Shown here one piece after another: positions 34,366-45,618 of a DNA stretch of 64,000 bases. The DNA is from Perkinsela sp. CCAP 1560/9 (taxonomy: Eukaryota; Protista; Euglenozoa: Kinetoplastea): the NCBI GenBank assembly GCA_965644495.1, contig CBFFSA010000011.1:496001-560000 (forward strand), read 5' to 3'. Each line of letters starts with the position of its first letter. Positions within the stretch are counted from its first letter, which is position 1. Under the pieces are notes generated by a model. The model did not search any database and was not told where the DNA came from. It saw nothing but the letters and a program-made list of their open reading frames with translations. A program made the position numbers and the translations under genes.

Positions 34366-35884
34366 CAGGGGTGTAAATTTGGATGTGGGGGGGGGTCTAA
34401 AATTCGTAAAACTTGGCCAATTGTGGAAAATAATAGCGCATTCGAGAGCTCTCGAACAGGGCTCATGAACGCAACATGGCCGCGATAGGCACAAGGGGGT
34501 ATTGCCCCCTCGACAAAGGGCCCCCAAATGCGATTTGCAACTTTCTAAAGCACGGGAAAAAATAGAGAAAAAAATTAATAATTGCAGTTTCCGCCGTTCT
34601 TTTCAAGCACAATACGGCATCGCTTACGAAAGCTCTTCATAGCGTTTTCAGAGGCTATAGAATGTGTCGTTTGAAGATCTTGAAACGCTGCTTCGATCGC
34701 AATGATCAAATCTGTACGATTTTGACCATAAATTTTCAACGGGCATGAGATCAGGTGATTTTGCTGGCCAAGGAAGAACAGTAATTCCTGTCTCTTGAAA
34801 GCTTGTCCTGGCCAGATTGTGCACCGTACAGTTATACATTGCAATAACGCTAGAACGGTGCCGCTTAAGGTAAGAAATTAACCCTCCACGCTTCTTCATG
34901 GCTTCATCAAAAATAGCCCCCGTCACTGTACCTCGGTTTCCTTGAGAACGAACAGAAGGAAAAACGTGAAGGTGAAACCCATGCTTAAGGCTCGCTGCCA
35001 TCCAAACCATAACACCAATCCCCCCATGCCATGCATCCAATTCACCTTGCTGCTCCTTGGGAGCGTCAGTTTTGCGGCAGTGGTACGTGATGTGCCCCCC
35101 GCTCTTCCCACAGGTAAATTTTTTTTCATCCATCCAAATGATATTGGACAGTCCCGCGTCACTCCACGTTAGCATTTCTTCACAGAAACGTACTCGTTTC
35201 TCTTTATGCACTGAGGTAAGTGCAGGGGATTTCCGGACTGTGCGCAAGACGATGCCATGTGATTTCATGTGGGTCGTCAAAGTTTGACGAGAGCAAGTGA
35301 ACCCAAGATTTTCCATTAACCGATGGAGCTCACTCCAGCTCCTGATGCCATAGGGTTGATCTCGAACACCCTCGTCTATCGCTTTCAAAGCAGCCTCACG
35401 TAGTTCAGGTGTCACAGCGATGTTCGTTGGGGCGTGTTTCTGGTTCTTGGAGTCTACTTCTCCAGTATCACGATAGCGCTCCACCCAGCGCTTCACAGTA
35501 GCTTCATGAACTTGAAAATTGCGCGCGGTTAGGGAAAAAGACTGTTGCTTCGTAATCGGCAACAAGAAGCATGCGCCAGCTTGCTTTTATGTGCCCAGGC
35601 GAGGAATAAGCCCTTTCGGAGTGCTTATGTTCCGGAGATCGTCCACAATCCCGTCGTTGTGGCATGAATAAGGGCAAAAAACAGAAAAATTGTGAAAATT
35701 GCAGGATTTCGTCTTCCAAAAAACTAAGTTTTTTTATGTGCATCCGAAAATCTAATTAACACGGATACGGTATATGCACGTTCATGAGCCCTGTTCGAGA
35801 TCTCTCGAATGCGCTATTATTTTCCAAAAATGGCCAAATTTTACGAATTTTGGACCCCCCCCCACATCCAAATTTACACCCCTG
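34366..35884 (-). mobile_element. Tc1/mariner DNA transposon (~1.5 kb, ~105-bp TIRs, TA target duplication)
   Basis: TA|CAGGGGTGTAAATTTGGATGTGGGG... (34366) and ...CCCCACATCCAAATTTACACCCCTG|TA (35884); encloses a transposase ORF. Confidence 0.93.
34575..35668 (-). pseudogene. Tc1-like transposase, inactivated
   Basis: HTH 'TARNFQVHEATVKRWV', then 'IIWMDEKKF', 'VMVWMA' and 'WPAKSPDLMPVENLW'. The second catalytic Asp appears as Tyr (TAT at 34834-34836). Frameshifts near both ends. Confidence 0.85.
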
Positions 35885-36199
35885 TATGAAACGTTTTTCT
35901 TCTTCTATTATATTACTGTGTTTCTTTTATATTTTTTTCTTCTATTACATTACTGTGTTCCCCTTTATATTTTCACTGTTTTTGTTCACTTTTTTTCAAT
36001 AATCGTGGATAGAGCGGTAGTTATACAACCACCGCAATAAGACCGACTTAAAGTCGGTTGAAAAGCTTAACACTTTCACCTTGAAAGCTTTCATCTATGA
36101 TTTCCAAGTTCAGAGTTTATATGTGTCTGATACGGTACAAACAAACAATATTTTTCCCATAACCTACAAATAATCCTCAAGGTATTCCAAATTTGCAAA

Positions 36200-36630
36200 G
36201 ATACAATTCCATCAATTCTTTCCTTACTTAGACGGTTTGCTATTATCGCCAGTTCTCGCAACCTTACCTCGAAGCACACTTCGTACCTCGGCTTCGCGCT
36301 TGGATGCAGGAATGTCTCGCGCTGGCCCATTTCCAAAATTTGGTTTTGGGGAAATCGATTCCGGAGCATCATTGTACTTTGAAGTTAGTAAGAAGGCACA
36401 TTAACGCTTTAAACCGTGATCCAAAACGTTTGTACGAACTGATCCCTCTGCCGTATGCCGCTCGGATGGATCTTCAGGAGTGGACCCAAAGTATGATCCA
36501 CAACACGCCCATTTACCCTCTCCCACGCCCCGATACGGTCCCGCACTCTCATACACTTTTTACAGATGCTTCGTCGCACGGGTGGGGAGCGGTGTTGTAT
36601 TTGGATCATGGGCAGGTTGTGATCGCAAGT
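36200..36630 (+). pseudogene. RT-thumb/RNase H fragment of a DIRS/TATE-like element
   Basis: 'HTLFTDASSHGWGAVLY' is the DIRS/TATE-type RNase H first motif; an upstream 'SYLGF' resembles the RT end. Truncated at ~36630. Confidence 0.7.
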
Positions 36631-37837
36631 GAAAAAGTGACAAAATGTTAGTTCTTCTCTAAAATATACGTATTCGCTTCTTTTTGTTTCGTTTCTTGAC
36701 GCTCAAAGTCTTTGTGTTGAGATCTGCAAAATGCTACAAAAATCAGCTCAAACGGACGCTTGTACGAAGCAAAAAAGTGGTGGGTCACTTTTCATTGGGT
36801 TTCACAAAAAGTGAAAGGGGACTTTTTTCCCCAAAGAAAAAGCTTGAATTTCTTTCCTCATCTTTGTTGTCGTCATTTCCACAAAACATTCTTTTTGCAC
36901 TGTGAATACATTATATGCATTAAAACCGTTCGTGTGCCGAATTGATTAAACGCCTAACACGTGTTCGGACCAGCCTAACTGGGGGTTGGGGCTTCTTCGT
37001 GGTCCCCCTTGACGCTGGAATCATATCGATGGCACAGACTCGCACCACCTATTCTGCCATGTACCTACATGTACGTGAGGATCTAGGTCGTGTAGTACCA
37101 TCTGGGGCCATTTGAATGAAACAAAGCTTCAAAACAAATTGTTTGTACGTCACGAAAAAAAATCGAAAAAGTGTTCTATTGGTTCATAAAAGTGTTCATT
37201 GAACCATAGAACCACTGAACACACACAAGTGTTCATAGAACACATAGGTATGGTAAATTCACTTTCGGTGTCAGAGTACACTTCTACACCGATATGGCCT
37301 GAGTTATCACTTGCCGTTATACCCCCCAGTAACAGAGATTTGGTTCGGGAGGGAGGTTGGAGGGTGGGTCTTTGAGCAGGTGGTGGTCGATGGGTTGTGT
37401 GAGGGTGCTTGCGCGGGGGCGAATGGCATAGTTGCGGGGTTGTCTGGGCGGAAAATCAACGCACCCATGAACAAAAAAGGTATTTTCCCACCAAAAAAGC
37501 ATACCCCCCTCAGTAACAGAGACTTGGCCATTTGGGTCCAAAATCGATTCTATTACTGGGGGGCATACGGTAACTCCTTTATGGCCACAGCCTTCAATGT
37601 ATCCATTAGTCGCTACAAATACAAATTTCTAAACTGAGGGAGATGCTACTCCCTCCTACTTATTTTCATGTTTTAGACCGTATGTCCGTATTTATTTTTC
37701 CGTGACTTCTCGATCTCTGAAAAAGAAGCACCCATTAGATGAATCGGGCTCTATTGAAAAGCTTACAAGCTTTGGAGGATGACCTTCTTCCAAGTGGAGT
37801 GCGGCGGACAGAAGCTACACTAGGTCATTAATAATTT

Positions 37838-38736
37838 TAGGCTCTTCGTTAAACGCGGTGGTTGTTTTCAACTTAGAAGTCACTCATGCTACGCTCTCCG
37901 AGTTGAAAACCACCACCGCGTTTAACGAAGAGCCTAAAAAAGAAAATTTAGTCTGGAAAACGGAAAGATTATAGCCAAAAATAGCCGAATTTCGGGTAAA
38001 AATGGGGTGATTTTCGCGTATTTTTGCTCTCAGAGCACTAAATCCGACATTTGCGCGTGGGAAATCACTCGTACGCATGAATGAAAGCCTACCGAACGTA
38101 TTGGGTAGAGAATACGACTCCAACCATATCATTCTTTCGACACAAAAATGCCCCTTTAGGTCCGAAAAATACTTTTTCACCTTTTTTAGTCAAAAATGGG
38201 TCATTTTGAGGGGCGCACCACGAAGAATGGATACCTTGCGAAAACAACTGCGGCGAAAGCTAGTGTAGGTCCCAAACTATCAAAATACAATAGGGTAAAC
38301 GATTTTGGAAAAATATTTTTTTTGTCATTTTTTTCGCCAAGTTGAATTTTTTTTCAAAAATTTTTTCCGAAAAAGTCCGAACTTGGCGGACCCGTCCTGC
38401 GGATACGCGGGGGGGTCACCCCCGGGTAGGGGGGTGGAAAATGCGCGCCAAGACCCCGGCTACCCTTTCTGCGGTTTTTTTTCGAAAACTAATTTTTTCG
38501 AAAAAATTTGCTCGACCATGACCCCCCCTGGACCCCCCCCATGGACCCCCCCCATGGACCCCCCCCATGGACCCCCCATTTTTTTTAATTTTTTTTTTCA
38601 GGTTTGGACCACCGGAGCCCCCTTTTATATTTTTTTCTTCTATTATATTACTGTGTTCCTCTTTATATTTTCACTGTTTTTGTTCACTTTTTTTTCAATA
38701 ATCGAGTGTAGAGCGGTAGTTTTACAACCACCGCAA
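37838..38736 (+). mobile_element. Hairpin-bounded non-autonomous element, copy 2 (empty site, no Tc1)
   Basis: Same 5' stem-loop (37838-37937) and same 3' end (GAGCGGTAGTTTTACAACCACCGCAAT) as copy 1; continuous across the TA site used by the Tc1 in copy 1. Confidence 0.6.
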
Positions 38737-38971
38737 TTCTTGAGCATGATCATTATTCATGACAGGGGGAGTAGTGTATGAGTTTTCCAACAGTGTGTCA
38801 TTTCCAAGACGGGGTATTTGCCCCTACTGCTCCCCTTTACCTTTTTCACCACGCATTTTCCCCACAAATCTTCACCTTTCTCCACCCTTTTCCTCCCCCA
38901 ACCCCAACCTTCCTCACCACCACCCTTTTTTTTACCTTTTTTTACCCTTTATACCTTTCTCCCCCCCCTCC

Positions 38972-39583
38972 ATGCCCCCTCCCCCCTTCCCCACCTCCTC
39001 CCCCCCCCACGGCCCCCCCCGTGGCTACCTCAACCGCCTCACCTCCCTCGGCCTCCCCCCGTGGGCGGCCTTCGGGGGGGCCCTGGGGCGTCGCACCCGG
39101 TACGCCCTCACCAACCCCTCCCCCGGGGTCTACCCCTGCCGCCCGCACCAACTCAGGGAGGTCTGGGGGCACGAGAGGGTACGCACCCGGGTGCGCTCCT
39201 CCCGCGGCCACCACCACGTCTACAAGCAGCTGAAGTACCCGAAGATGGAGCTCGGGGTGTGGTACAGCGACGTGCTGGACCACTGGGTGCAGCTCCCCCA
39301 CGTGACCGCGGTCAGCTTCGAGGTCGAGCGGGCGGGGGGGCTGGACGGGTTCGTGCTGGGGAGCGCGGGGGAGGGGCTGCGCTCCTCCTACGGGGAGAGG
39401 CTGCGGAGGCAGATGCTGGTACGGAAGGGGGAGGTGGAGAAGAACTTTGTGTTGGGGAGGCAGGCGGAGGGGTTGGCGGAGGTGATGTTTGAGGCGTGGA
39501 GGAGGGACCCCGGGGTGCTGGTGGGGGTGTACGGGATGGAGGAGGGGGAGGTGCCGAAGAGGGGGGAAACAACGGTGGGGTGA
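38972..39583 (+). CDS. Mitochondrial ribosomal protein bL28m (MRPL28/MrpL24 family)
   Basis: 'KQLKYPKMELGVWYSDVLDHWVQL...VERAGGLDGFVL' matches the L28 pattern (P.....Y.S..L...; GGLD.YLL). The likely ATG is at 38972, after a pyrimidine tract. Confidence 0.72.
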   Translation: MPPPPFPTSSPPHGPPRGYLNRLTSLGLPPWAAFGGALGRRTRYALTNPSPGVYPCRPHQLREVWGHERVRTRVRSSRGHHHVYKQLKYPKMELGVWYSDVLDHWVQLPHVTAVSFEVERAGGLDGFVLGSAGEGLRSSYGERLRRQMLVRKGEVEKNFVLGRQAEGLAEVMFEAWRRDPGVLVGVYGMEEGEVPKRGETTVG

Positions 39584-39868
39584 GGAGGGGGTAGGGTAGG
39601 TTTTGCCGTTTCCGCTCGTAAAGGATGCGGTGAAGGGTTGTTTTCTCCTGTCAGGTGCGTACTCCCCGGACGAAAAACAGCGTGCGTAGTTCGCCTTTCC
39701 TGGATTTTTTCATTTGTTTATTTTTTGACACTTTTTTAATTTTGATGTTTTCTTTTGTTTCTTCCCTATACGTCGAAAGTTGTAAACATCCTTTGAATCT
39801 ATTTTTACAGGTGGTTTAAAGGAAAAATGTTTTTTCTTTCTTCAAAAATACTTTATTGACAAAGCACA

Positions 39869-40744
39869 ATGTCTGATGTTCAAGCTCCTCGGTATGGGGC
39901 AAAAGTGCGCGGTACAGAACTCCCTGGGGAAATTGTCCTCTCTAGGCTTATCGAAAATGTAAGCAACGGTGATTCTTCATGGAAAGAAGATCACCCTGTG
40001 TCCACTTGGTCCGGTGTTGAAATCTCTGAAGGTCGTGTGACGAAACTCGCGTGGCCTTCCAGGGGTTTGCGTGGCAGTCTCAATTGGCAATATCTTCCTC
40101 AATCTGTGCGTTACTTTGAAATCTGTCATAATTATCTAACGGGGGTGATTGAAGCGGAACGCCTACCTTCGATTCTTTATGTATTCGATTTCGGCCAGAA
40201 CAATTTTAACCAAGTAGATGATTTTACTACATTACCTGGAGAACTTCGAACCTTTGCGGGTCCTCAGAATCTTTTATCCAGCAAGCTTGATTTAACGCAC
40301 CTTCCTCCTCAGTTAAGCTTTTTAAACTTAGACAACAATCGGTTATTTGGAACAATCTCTCTTTCCTCTTTACCTGCGACGCTGCAATTTCTTTCTTTGT
40401 CACACAACAGGCTTTGTGGGAATATAGACCTCACCGGCCTTCCCCCTTTTCTTGATGATCTGCGTCTTAGTTACAATTCATTTTCTGGAGAGCTCCATTT
40501 TACTCGCCTTTCTTTCTCCATGCGTACACTTATGTTAAACCACAACGAGTTTTCGGGGGAAGTGTCGTTTAGAAAGTTTCCCGACTCACTTGCCATGCTT
40601 ACTCTGGACGAGAATTATCTCTGTGGAATTGTTCCTGGTTATTTGTCAAGCGTAGTTTCGATGTATCCACAAAAACGACAATGTGCTCGTGCCGCTGGTC
40701 AAAATGTTCCTGACAAGGAAATTGCGTGGAGCGAGTGGGGTTAG
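39869..40744 (+). CDS. Leucine-rich repeat protein (expanded family)
   Basis: N-cap 'STWSGV...GRVTKLAW...LRGSL' followed by ~23-aa repeats of 'LP..L..L.L..N.L.G.I.L'. Confidence 0.88.
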   Translation: MSDVQAPRYGAKVRGTELPGEIVLSRLIENVSNGDSSWKEDHPVSTWSGVEISEGRVTKLAWPSRGLRGSLNWQYLPQSVRYFEICHNYLTGVIEAERLPSILYVFDFGQNNFNQVDDFTTLPGELRTFAGPQNLLSSKLDLTHLPPQLSFLNLDNNRLFGTISLSSLPATLQFLSLSHNRLCGNIDLTGLPPFLDDLRLSYNSFSGELHFTRLSFSMRTLMLNHNEFSGEVSFRKFPDSLAMLTLDENYLCGIVPGYLSSVVSMYPQKRQCARAAGQNVPDKEIAWSEWG

Positions 40745-41196
40745 ATATGCTCGTATTTTTCTTAACTTTCTTTATTTTTTTCTTAGCGTATTTTTCTTAA
40801 CTTTTCTAAACAATCAATAGAAGTATTTGTGCAGCAAGAAAGAGGAAAACAAAAGTTTGTGAGTTTTTTATTGTGCAACAATTTTAAAAATAGAAATTAT
40901 ATTTTTGTGCTTTTTTATTCTATTTTTTGCCCAAATGCTAAAACAACGGATTTTTTAACCGACTGTGAGCAGCAATGTGGGCGGAATGTTGCGGTTGAAG
41001 GCCCTTGAGATTTCAACCCGGGACGATCGGAAACCAAAAATAGTGATCCTCTGCACAAAGAATTGTGACCTTTTTATTGATTTTTTTAGCAGGTTCATAC
41101 TAAAAGTTTCTTGGTATTACTCGTACTGTGTTTTTTCACTGCCGTTAGTTGAAGAAAAAAATAGGGAAATGTTTTTTCTCAGGGTGTTGTTAATCA

Positions 41197-44100
41197 ATGG
41201 ATAAAGAGCCGTTGAGCCATGTGGAACTCATACTGGGAGCTGTTCAACACAAATACCTGCTGCCCCTCATTCATTATGGCGTTCTGGGGGAGCGCGAAAA
41301 GCATCCCACAGCCTCGAATTCTAAAACTCTTGCATCTTCGTCATCATCACTCGACTCAAAAGAGGTTGAAAATGCGATTGCGGCGTATTTTGAAAATACC
41401 GCTCAGGTGTTCCAATTTTTGCATAAATCAAGAATGATCTCTCGATTGGTTGATTCTTGGCCTTCGACTTCACAACACAAACAGCCTTCTCCGGCACCCA
41501 GGACGCAAAGACCGGATACTTCTTCTAGCCCTTTGGATATCTCAGAGCGTGTGTACCGTACCTTATCTTTGTTTATTCACGCTGCGATGAAATGTTATAC
41601 TTTTTCGTGCGAAAAGCAAACGACTTCTGGAGACAAACTCACTCGCTCCCTTGCGATTCGTACACTTTTTACGATTATAGAGACCTATGTGGATCAGAGT
41701 CCCATACATTGGGTAGTACGATCCACCCCTGGGATACTGTCTACGATTGCAAGGTTTCTCTCTCCAAATTCGACATCAATGGCATCGGACAGCTCTGTAC
41801 TTTGCATCCATATACTCACTATCGTACTTCGTCGAAATTTTAATAATGTACAGTATAGAGACTCCATACCTCATGACTCTTTGCTTGTAGTCTTCCGACA
41901 TCTTTTTCATTCGCTGTTGGGTTTCTCTGAGACCTCTGATTTTCAGGATAACTTTGACTCCAGAGAATCTCACAACTCAATATCCGCGAGTTCTTTGCAG
42001 AGACATTGGCTTTGGTTTGCCTCAAATTTTACAGATGATCTGAACGGAAACACAATTTCAGCTGCACTACAACTTTGCAACGTCATTCTTCACGCTCCTG
42101 CCTCCCTTACTTACGCCTCCGTGTCAGATAGCAGTGCTAACTCTTCAAATGTTTCCCAAGATAAGGAATTGCAGAGTTGGCTTTTAGAATATCACAAAAC
42201 TACGGAACACAATAAGAAGGATACAATGGAAAAAGGCGTTGTAGTCCCCCGCAACAACAACTTCGCTGTAAGCAATCCTGTTCCATCTCGTCTCTTTGAA
42301 TATGCTTTGGATGCCTACGTGCTTTTGAATTATTTTCAGTATCGATACGATTTGATTCCAACGCAAGACAAAAACAGTCAATTGGATGAGAACACAGATT
42401 ACAAAGGTGGACGATCTTTATTCGATCCATCTACAAATACGAACACTTCTTTTGGCAATATGAATCGACCTCTTTTTTTGGAATTTCTGCGCTCTCGGGG
42501 AATTTCTCTTTTAAATTCTCTCGTTGGTGTCCAACGGAAAAAACTGCCACGCGATGACACACAAGATTTCTTACTCAATTACACTTCTCTTCCTGCAGAA
42601 AACACACTGCTCCTTTTCGTTGCCTACTGCTACTGCTCGAATCTTTTTACGTCCTCAAACTCAGAAATGGTTTCCTTTTCTCATCTTTCCGGTCTGATTC
42701 TGCAGTGTTCTCAATGGGTCACTACACTACATGCTTCTTTTCAAGCACAACCTAAAAAACATTTTTCGGACGCAATCGAGACACCACTGATTCAGCCATC
42801 CTCCAAAATTTCGACAAAGCTGTATGAGTCCATTCGGATCACCCATGAAACTGAAGACTTCTCTGCGCCTTCTCTAAATCTTCATCTGATTACACAAACG
42901 ACAGCGTGTCATGTTTTAGATGATTTGGTTGCTCTTCTTCAACCTTCTTCCGAGGTTGCCACGATCTGTGTTGATATCTTGGAAGACATTCAACTTTGGC
43001 GATGTGCTCATCTCGGTGCGATTCACATTCTCACGGTTCTGTTTGGACTCTGCGACTTCAATTTTCCTGTTCTCCAGCCAAGGCTTTCCTCTCTGCACAG
43101 TGAAATGGGTGAAGGCCTCATCGGTTATCTTCTCTCCCTACAACACTTATGGGGTTGGGATATTTCCGAAAGATTATTTTACGAAAAGTTTGGCCTTCCT
43201 TCAAGTCTACAAGATCAAGTCGATCGCTCGCTTGAATCCTTTCAAGAAACCAATTCCTATTCCTCCATCGAACTCAAACACAAATATCAAATGCTGTGTC
43301 ACTTGCTTCATTTTCTCGGTACAGCCGGCTCTGGAGAGGAAGCAAAGACGCACCGTTCTATACGTCTCCAATGTCTTTTTCGAGTTCTGGAATACATCGA
43401 ATGTGCTGTTCCGGAAATCCAACGAGCCGCCCAGCAGGCTTTACGTCGCATCTCCACAACAGATCGTCTAACCTCTTTTCTGTTTCAGCATACCGATTAC
43501 ATTTTAGATGAGTTCTCCAGACGACTGTCGTACTCCATGTGCTTTCCCCGTACCGCTCAACTCGTGGGTACGTTTTTAAATCTGATTTCACAACCGAATG
43601 TTTGGACGAATTCGACTAGCACGAAATCCGTCGATTTAGATTCGCCTTGTGTTCCGCTACTTCTTGACCCGGAAAAAGACGTGGAGGACGGTGTCTCTCT
43701 TGTTACCTTCTCTTCCCATGTGGAGGGCTTTATTCGTGAACTTCTTTTCGGACCCCTCGGCACTTCTCTTCCTGATTTTGATAAAACCACAATCCTTTGC
43801 GCCGCAGTTCGTTACTTCCGTGCCGTAATCCTCACCGAGCGTAGAAAAGATCCTTTTTGGATTCAACACCATCCCATTTCACCTCCAAGTACCACAAACC
43901 CAAGTTCTTCGCTACCAACACTTTCGTATACCTCGAAAAGCACAGAAAGCGCCTCAACTCCCATTTCTCCCCCACAACCCTTCCCAAACACACAAACCTC
44001 TGAAACACAAAAAAACTCTAAAATTCCAAATCCCTATCCGAATCCGTTCCAAAACACACAAAAAAGTGCACATCCCATTTCTCCCCCACCCCCTTTTTCC

Positions 44101-45417
44101 CCCACCTCAAAACGACTGGAAAATTTCGAGGCTGCGACGGCCACCGCAGGCAACTCTTCATTTTCTTCCGTATCTTCTGCTTCTCCTGTGTCTTCTTCCT
44201 CTCCCTTCCCCGGCCTCCACCCCCTCCCCCCCTCCCCCCTGTCCCTCTCCTCGGGGTCGCTGCTTACGCTGTGGGACGCGCTGCTCTCTCCCCTCCCCTC
44301 CGCGACCACTCGCAGCCGTGTGGAGACACTGAAAACAATACGACTCACGATTTCGTGTTTCCTGACATGGGATGAGGGCAAGGGGGACGTGACGCTGAGT
44401 TATGGGACGCAGAGGGAAAGGGGGGAAAAGAGTCAGAAGGAAAGGGAGGAAAGGGAATCAAAGACTCGAAACGAAACGGAGGCAAAGGTTCAGAAGCAAA
44501 CAGAGGAAACGCCTCAAAATCAAACAGAAACAAAGACAAGGCCTCAAATTCAAACAGAGGAAACGCCTCAAAATCAAACAGAAACAAAGACAAGGCCTCA
44601 AATTCAAACAGAGGAAAAGTTTCAAATTCAAACTGAGACAGAGACAAAGCCTCAAAATGAAACGGAGGCAAAGACTCAGAATGAAACGGAGGAAAAGACA
44701 AAGCCTCCGTTTATGCACACGAGTGCGTTGCCCTCGATCCACCGCACATGGGTCGCACTGGTTCCGTTGCTGTACCCGAGAGGGGCGACAACGGAGGACG
44801 ATGTGCACCGTGTGGTGAGGCGGTGTAGAGAGGAGGCCTGGGAAAGGGGGGAGCTGCTTCCTCCGAAAGAGGGAATAAAAGGAGAAAAAATAGAGAAGGA
44901 AGGAGAAAAAGGAAAAAAAGGAGAGGAAATAAAAGTCAAATTGGAAACCATAAACGAAATACGAATGAAATCGGATTTAGAAGAAGACACCACTGCAGAA
45001 GAAGAAAAAGATGAATTTTCGTATCGTGAGACAAAGTTCTTGTGGGCTCCTACGATCGACAGTGTGGTTTTGGAGACGCTTCGTGTGTTGAATGAAATGG
45101 TGACACATGCCCACAGTTTTTTATATCACCGCACACGTGTGGTTCTGTATCCACTTTTAGAGTATCTCACGTTTTCGTTGATACGATGGAGGAAATTGCA
45201 CTTGCGCGTTGCTCGTCCGTTGGTGAAGGAGTGCATTCGTTGTGTAACGCTCAATGAGGATTTGCTTTTCAAAGCGAGACGAAATGGGGGGGAAGGCAAT
45301 GGGGCGTCGTCGGAGGCGTATCAGAAGTATCTGATGTGGTTGTGGCCGAGACTTTGCGGTCTCGCACGTAGGTTTTCGATTCCTGTTCCGGAGCTTGCTA
45401 TTGCGGAAGATCGTTAA
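41197..45417 (+). CDS. TTI1: TELO2-interacting protein 1 (TTI1)-like HEAT/ARM protein
   Basis: 'LFQHTDYILDEFSRRL' (L..N.DY...IS..L), 'ALPSIHRTWVALVPLL' (LLP.VH..WP.LV..L), 'PGILSTIARFL' and 'SFLYHR'. 1406 aa with low-complexity inserts. Confidence 0.7.
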   Translation: MDKEPLSHVELILGAVQHKYLLPLIHYGVLGEREKHPTASNSKTLASSSSSLDSKEVENAIAAYFENTAQVFQFLHKSRMISRLVDSWPSTSQHKQPSPAPRTQRPDTSSSPLDISERVYRTLSLFIHAAMKCYTFSCEKQTTSGDKLTRSLAIRTLFTIIETYVDQSPIHWVVRSTPGILSTIARFLSPNSTSMASDSSVLCIHILTIVLRRNFNNVQYRDSIPHDSLLVVFRHLFHSLLGFSETSDFQDNFDSRESHNSISASSLQRHWLWFASNFTDDLNGNTISAALQLCNVILHAPASLTYASVSDSSANSSNVSQDKELQSWLLEYHKTTEHNKKDTMEKGVVVPRNNNFAVSNPVPSRLFEYALDAYVLLNYFQYRYDLIPTQDKNSQLDENTDYKGGRSLFDPSTNTNTSFGNMNRPLFLEFLRSRGISLLNSLVGVQRKKLPRDDTQDFLLNYTSLPAENTLLLFVAYCYCSNLFTSSNSEMVSFSHLSGLILQCSQWVTTLHASFQAQPKKHFSDAIETPLIQPSSKISTKLYESIRITHETEDFSAPSLNLHLITQTTACHVLDDLVALLQPSSEVATICVDILEDIQLWRCAHLGAIHILTVLFGLCDFNFPVLQPRLSSLHSEMGEGLIGYLLSLQHLWGWDISERLFYEKFGLPSSLQDQVDRSLESFQETNSYSSIELKHKYQMLCHLLHFLGTAGSGEEAKTHRSIRLQCLFRVLEYIECAVPEIQRAAQQALRRISTTDRLTSFLFQHTDYILDEFSRRLSYSMCFPRTAQLVGTFLNLISQPNVWTNSTSTKSVDLDSPCVPLLLDPEKDVEDGVSLVTFSSHVEGFIRELLFGPLGTSLPDFDKTTILCAAVRYFRAVILTERRKDPFWIQHHPISPPSTTNPSSSLPTLSYTSKSTESASTPISPPQPFPNTQTSETQKNSKIPNPYPNPFQNTQKSAHPISPPPPFSPTSKRLENFEAATATAGNSSFSSVSSASPVSSSSPFPGLHPLPPSPLSLSSGSLLTLWDALLSPLPSATTRSRVETLKTIRLTISCFLTWDEGKGDVTLSYGTQRERGEKSQKEREERESKTRNETEAKVQKQTEETPQNQTETKTRPQIQTEETPQNQTETKTRPQIQTEEKFQIQTETETKPQNETEAKTQNETEEKTKPPFMHTSALPSIHRTWVALVPLLYPRGATTEDDVHRVVRRCREEAWERGELLPPKEGIKGEKIEKEGEKGKKGEEIKVKLETINEIRMKSDLEEDTTAEEEKDEFSYRETKFLWAPTIDSVVLETLRVLNEMVTHAHSFLYHRTRVVLYPLLEYLTFSLIRWRKLHLRVARPLVKECIRCVTLNEDLLFKARRNGGEGNGASSEAYQKYLMWLWPRLCGLARRFSIPVPELAIAEDR
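44496..44700 (+). repeat. In-frame 54-bp tandem repeat within TTI1 (QTEETPQNQTETKTRPQI)
   Basis: Two near-exact copies plus degenerate derivatives. Confidence 0.8.
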
Positions 45418-45618
45418 AAGGTTGAAGTAAACCTTTTCTCTGTTCAAATTTTGATGCAAGTGTATGAACGATTTTCGCATCACCTCACTGGGTCATCTTT
45501 TGAAGCATGCTCGCTACTTTTTCATCATCAAAAAGGAAAAAGTTTAAAATATTAAAAACAAAGTGTGGCCCAAAATAACATCCCGTTTATTTAAGTTTTC
45601 GCTTTCTTTCTATGCTCC

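Larger units (their letters stand above)
33780..36037 (+). mobile_element. Hairpin-bounded non-autonomous element, copy 1 (contains a nested Tc1)
   Basis: Starts with a ~100-bp stem-loop (TAGGCTCTTCGTTAAACGCGGTGG...CCACCGCGTTTAACGAAGGGCCTA), is homologous to 37838-38736, and ends GAGCGGTAGTTATACAACCACCGCAAT. Confidence 0.6.
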
